Source of the DNA: Epithemia pelagica
Taxonomy: Eukaryota; Protista; Bacillariophyta
Direction of reading: 5' to 3'
Assembly: GCA_946965045.2 (NCBI GenBank)
Contig: OX337233.1
Span: 496,001-560,000 of the forward strand
Length of the DNA: 64,000 nucleotides
The translations under genes were made by a program, and so were the position numbers. The notes under the pieces were generated by a model, which saw only the letters and a program-made list of their open reading frames with translations, was not told the origin of the DNA and did no database searches. Positions 59,261 through 64,000 of this stretch are shown here, one piece after another. Each line of letters starts with the position of its first letter. Position 1 is the first letter of the stretch.

Positions 59261-59808
59261 TGTTTCCATAATAATACACACATTACTCTGTGGAAGAACG
59301 ATATGGGATTCCGTTGGTGCACAGTAGGAATCGGAAGCAAATCATTTCTTCGAAAGCCCACCCACTTTGGAACTGTCTCATATCGAAATCAAGGCGCTTT
59401 TGTCCTCGAATTGCATGGTATGGTGGAATATATGGACACAACAGGTACAGTCGAGAAGATGCAAAGTCTCTCTACTACCTACAGAGAGAACACTCATACT
59501 CTCGTCATGTAGAGTCATGTCATGTCGTTCAACTGGAACTTCACTACCATTGTTAGTGTTGCCGATGACTGCCGGTCCGATCCATGAAGCACATACACAA
59601 TTCCACGATTCTGGCGCGTGACGAGATGCTGGTCCTCTCATAATATATGTGGGGCGTGTGACCAACTCCGAACCGAGTAACAGTCGATGGTTGATACAGA
59701 TACAAGAACGCAGCGGCGGGCAATGATCATATACATGTGGGATGCAAAACGTTGGTGCATATAAACACTATGTCAACGAAGCTCAACGGTACGTGGCAGG
59801 CGGTCGTG

Positions 59809-61026
59809 ATCTTCCAGTTTCCTAAGTCGTTCTTCGGGATTATGACAAGCATTCGAGAGTTCATCAGTAGAACGGACCGACACTGGTAGTGTTTCGTTTC
59901 CGGTCACCGACACGAATTCAAACTCATCCTTTGCTTTCGGACCAGCAAGGTTCTTTTCATTCTTTGCTTTCTGACCAGCAAGGTTCGTTTCATCTCCAAC
60001 ACTTACATTCAAGTCGACAAGCTCAAGAGTTGTACGTTCCGACACGGGCAGTGTTTCCTTTCCTGTCACCGAACCGGACTCAGCCTCAACATCTGTTTTC
60101 GGACCAGCAAGGTGCTTTTCATCTCCATACCTGCCATTTAAGTCAACAAGCTTTTGTAGCTCTTCAATCTTGCGAGCAATTGGAAGACACCCCGCTAAAC
60201 TGTCCATATCCTGCAGCTATCCTTTCAGTTCGTCAATAGTTTCTTGAAGATCATGTACAGAGCGGAACTTGTCATCCTCATCTCGAAGATTTTCCATCAC
60301 CGGTAGCAAGCATTCCGCATCAATGGCCTCTTGCAGCGCCTTGACATTGCTACGATCCCTATTTGCAAGTTGAATCTTAATCTTCATTTTTTCAAGTTCC
60401 ATGTCGAGCTCAGCACGACACGAATACATGTTCTGAGATGTCTTTGAAAAGAAGAGCACCAAAGCGTCGTAAGAGAACAGAACAACAATATTTGAAACAA
60501 TAATTTCTCCAGCCCCTTGCGATATCAAAGCCAATTCTTACTGCAAGAAACGCCACACCTGGGGGTGTTCCGGTGTATCACTCAGTGCGAGCGTCTCATA
60601 CGTACCTGACAAAACCCTCCAATGACATCGATCCTTTCAAAGAATGATACCAGACTAGGACCGTCCCGCCTCACGGTAATATCAGGTATGTTGAACACGA
60701 TGTTGCGCTTTGTGTCCAATACTTCTACTGACTTCAAAGTTTTCATTTTTCTACCTCCAGTCACAATCAGACAGGTCCCGACTTTTGCAACAGCAGGTTT
60801 CTTCCGAGGGACAGAAAGGACCAAATCCTTGTGCACTCTCCATTTCGACGATGAAGGAAAGACAGAACTCATATCCTCATGGGTCTCTTCATAAGTATCA
60901 AAGAAATCCAAATATTCGACGGAGTTAAGATCGGAATAGTCATATTGATTGTGCCCACCAATGACAAAGATGCGATTTCCAACAACGGCCATTCCACAGC
61001 AAGATCGAGGAACCGTCATGGAAGAT
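59809..61026 (-). pseudogene. Inverted internal segment of Kelch+coiled-coil gene K6 (last Kelch blades, intron, coiled coil with a TAG stop)
   Basis: SMTVPRSCCGMAVVGNRIFVIGG...; NMYSCRAELDM...ELKG*LQDMDSLAGCLPI. Bounded by ATCTTCCA (59809-16) and TGGAAGAT (61019-26). Confidence 0.85.
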
Positions 61027-62822
61027 ATGATGATTGAACAAAGAAACATGATGGCTCAACTTGAAGATATGATTGTTCAACTTTCTGATCGGGTTGGGCG
61101 TGCCTGAGAAGACGAACTAGGTCCATTTGTCATATTCAGACGGCGAACCAGGTCCATTGCCATGTTCGATCTATGACGGATTTCAATGACAAATCGCTTC
61201 TCCCTAGTAAAAAAGCCGAATGTCCAATATTTACCTCGTTCGAAATTATCAAATTTTGATTGCTGTGTCGTGTTTACCTGGATTCCATATCGAGGGAATG
61301 GAGGTGGAACAATAGACAAAGGGCGAACACCTCGTCTCGAATCCGATCCTATATCTGTGTGTTGGTGGTTCTCTGTGATACTCCAGAGAGCAGGAGAGAG
61401 ACAATGTCACTTGCAGTGCGTCATTGGTTGGTGGATTGACCACATCCATCAGCCATCGTTTACCATAGTTTCCACCACGGACGGCGGCTCGGCTCCTCCT
61501 TGTCGTCGTTGTCATCCTTTGCCTTGTTGTTGTCGTTGGTGAGATTGGAAGTTGATGGTTCCACGCGATTCCTCTGCTTGTTGTGCTTGGTTTGGAACGG
61601 GTCGTCAAGTTTGGGGAACGGGTCGTCAAGTTTGGGTGTGTGTGTGTGTGTGCTGCTGCTAGTCGAGGGAGGAGACCGACTCATCTGAAGAGGACCCAGG
61701 CGCTGGTGACAACGGGTTATTGTTGCCACTGTCTTAGATCATGGTTTTCACGCGAACCGTGCCGTGCTCCCCCACAAGTCTTGGATCCACCCGGAGGGTT
61801 GCGTGCCTTGTTCTTGTCTTGCGGTTTCTTTTTTGGTTGGCGATACTTGACTATCGTTCGGCCTTGGCGAGGGCGACGAGCCATGGATCGCATTCTTCTT
61901 CGAGGGCTTGTTGTTGTTGTTCCTCCACTGGTGGGAATGGCCATGGACGTCGTATTTGGGTTGTTGTACTAATACTGCTAGGAGTAATACTCCTGCTAGG
62001 GTCGTCATTGGCAAAAGGATCTCCACCTGGTATCACTAGTGTCGTTGTCGTTGTCGTCGTCGTCGACGAGGGAGAATGCGGCGGTACCGAGGTTTTGGGG
62101 TCTTGTCGTCGTCGTTGTTCCTATTCTGGATACAAAATTGTTCTTGTTGGCTTTGGCAGCGATACGATCCAAACTGTCTGGTTTTCAAGCATGCGCGTGC
62201 GAGAAATTGTGTCTTGACGTCATGTACATGTTGGCGGGTCTCCGCAATTTCTCGCAGACATGCTTGAAACCCAGACAGTTTGGATCGTATGGAAAGATGC
62301 GCACACACAAACAGAACGAAAAAACATGGCTGGGTGAGCTGGGGATCCGTTGGTCAAGGGATATTTCGGCCCCATTCACTACCGTGATCTAGAAAGACTT
62401 TGGGTTTTAAACGTTTGGCTTTGGCTGCTGCTGATACGTTGTTTGGGGAAAGACGGCACTTTTGTCTCGTCAGGCAAAGAACTGACGATCGTGCCCAATA
62501 CGACAGAAAGAAGGAGGAATAGCAACACAAAGGTTGAGTTCATGAATACTGTCATCGTTGTCGTTGATGCGATTCCAAGGATTGCGAGAGAGGGATGCTA
62601 CGAGGCACTCTCGTTTTCTCGCTATGATCCAATCGAACCATCTCTCGTTTCGGGGCGGGATGATCGAGATGAAGCCAACGAGACGCTTTTGGATCCTCTC
62701 TCATCGTTCGTTTTCTCTCTCCGAAAAAGATCTTCCCTTAAAGCGATCTAGACGCGACTCGTGGCTTCCCACAAATCCAGCAGACGGACAGACGGAAGAT
62801 CCAAATCATCATCCATCACGAC
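61019..62822 (+). repeat. Segmental duplication, copy 2
   Basis: Matches 56148-57808 up to the LTR at 62823. Confidence 0.9.
62165..62287. mobile_element. 123-bp TA-flanked inverted-repeat element, copy 2
   Basis: Same arms as 57151-57273; one loop substitution (GTGCAT vs GTACAT). Confidence 0.6.
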
Positions 62823-64000
62823 TGTTGAAATTGTGGCCTATATTTGGCAATGAACGACAAATGTGTCTGAGCTACCACGGCTATGTGGCCGAATTCGGTG
62901 AGAGCTGTGTACGACTCCCACCTGTAAACCAAGGTAGCTTTATCGATAATGAACGTATAATCTTTCTGATAGCGAACTTTTAGCAGTTTATCAGACCCAT
63001 TCGTTCCGATTTTTCGTGTGAACTACATCACCATGGTACTAACTGCAGCCCAAACGACGTCTTTCTTTCAAGATGCCGATCAAATGGGCATTCCCCAGCC
63101 GACGGTAGCTCAACTTCAAGTTGAAGGAATCGCGACGATTCCTGACCTAGCTGACTTTGACAAGGAGACTCTTCAACAGGTTGCTGACAACCTACGGAAA
63201 CCAGGTGGACGAGTTCAAGATCCCAACCCTGGGGCAGCTGTTGGTGCAACAATTCCGACACCGCCGTTCGTATTTGGAGCCAAGTCACAACATCGTCTAA
63301 CTGTGGCGTGTGACCTAGTGCGGTACTATAACACCGTTGGTCGTGACCTAACCCAACCTAATATGAGATGGAATCATGTGATGAAGAACTTTGAAGTTCA
63401 ATGGAAGGCGTTGAAGGCTCGAAAGGACTCAGACGACCCAGATGTCCCGAAGATCAGCAAGGCACTACCAATTATCAAATGGACCGAAGCGTTCCAAGAT
63501 TACCTCCACAGGATCATTGGTGTCAGGACTATCCCATTGGCATATGTGATTCGGCAAGAAGTCGATGTGCCGGTTGTTCCTCCTCCACAAGCCACTAATA
63601 AGCCGCATTCTACAGAATACGGATCGATTGAAGTGGAATTGGTAGCCCGTGCATCACACGATCACGAGTTATACAGAGAAGACAATGGATCAGTATACTA
63701 CCACCTGGAGGAAGCAACTAGAGGGACGACGTATGCAGCATCTATTAAACCTTATCAACGTAATAAAGATGGAAGAGGCGCATGGTTGGCCCTTACCAGC
63801 CAATATGCGGGTCAAGATAAGTGGGAGGCCGAGATCAAGCGTCAGGATGATCTGCTCCACACACGTGTCTGGAAAGGCCAAAACAGTTTCCCACTGGAAG
63901 GGTTTATTGCACAACATAGAAACGCATATGTTTCCATGCAACAATGTGCAGAACATGTTGCTTACCAGTTACCCAATGAACACACGCGTGTCGGGTACTT
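62823..64000 (+). mobile_element. 5' end of a second copia element (CoDi-like): 163-bp LTR 62823-62985, then gag from ATG 63033 running off the window
   Basis: TG...CA segment inserted into the duplicated block. Open frame MVLTAAQTTSFFQDADQMGIPQPTV...FGAKSQHRL...IIKWTEAFQDYLHRIIGVRTIPLAYVIR...DGRGAWLAL...FPLEGFIAQHRNAY, which I recognise as diatom CoDi gag. Confidence 0.85.

Noticed and set aside
1-64000. tRNA, rRNA, snRNA genes and CRISPR arrays
   Set aside because: No convincing signature seen by eye; a tRNAscan-SE or Infernal run would be needed to exclude them.

Overview
Eukaryotic, diatom-like genomic DNA (spliceosomal introns, CoDi-like Ty1/copia elements, a bipartite plastid-targeting leader, FAS1 adhesion genes). 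The left third is a three-level nested insertion. A type II membrane coiled-coil/MRH-domain gene (7053-7890 + 24223-24590) is split by a Ty1/copia element (7891-24217; TSD CAGCC; 278-bp LTRs differing at 1 base). The 5' LTR of that element is itself split by a 10,103-bp CACTG...CAGTG DNA transposon (7978-18080; 2-bp AA TSD). This transposon carries four genes: a CMC/EnSpm-like transposase, a 5-exon accessory gene, an unknown ORF, and a class-III PLP-aminotransferase-fold protein with a putative C-terminal winged helix, which is the most unusual item in the window. The right two-thirds is a rapidly evolving array: six Kelch+coiled-coil paralogues, three copies or remnants of a second Kelch type, and multi-FAS1 genes, arranged as an inverted duplication around a single-copy plastid-protein gene. 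It also holds a Crinkler-like NTPase+nuclease-fold gene, a microhomology-bounded inversion, a duplicated 123-bp hairpin/MITE, and the start of a second copia element at the window end. A thioredoxin-like gene near 2 kb needs a GC-AG intron to build its CxxC motif. All family assignments come from motif recognition by eye; no database searches were run.
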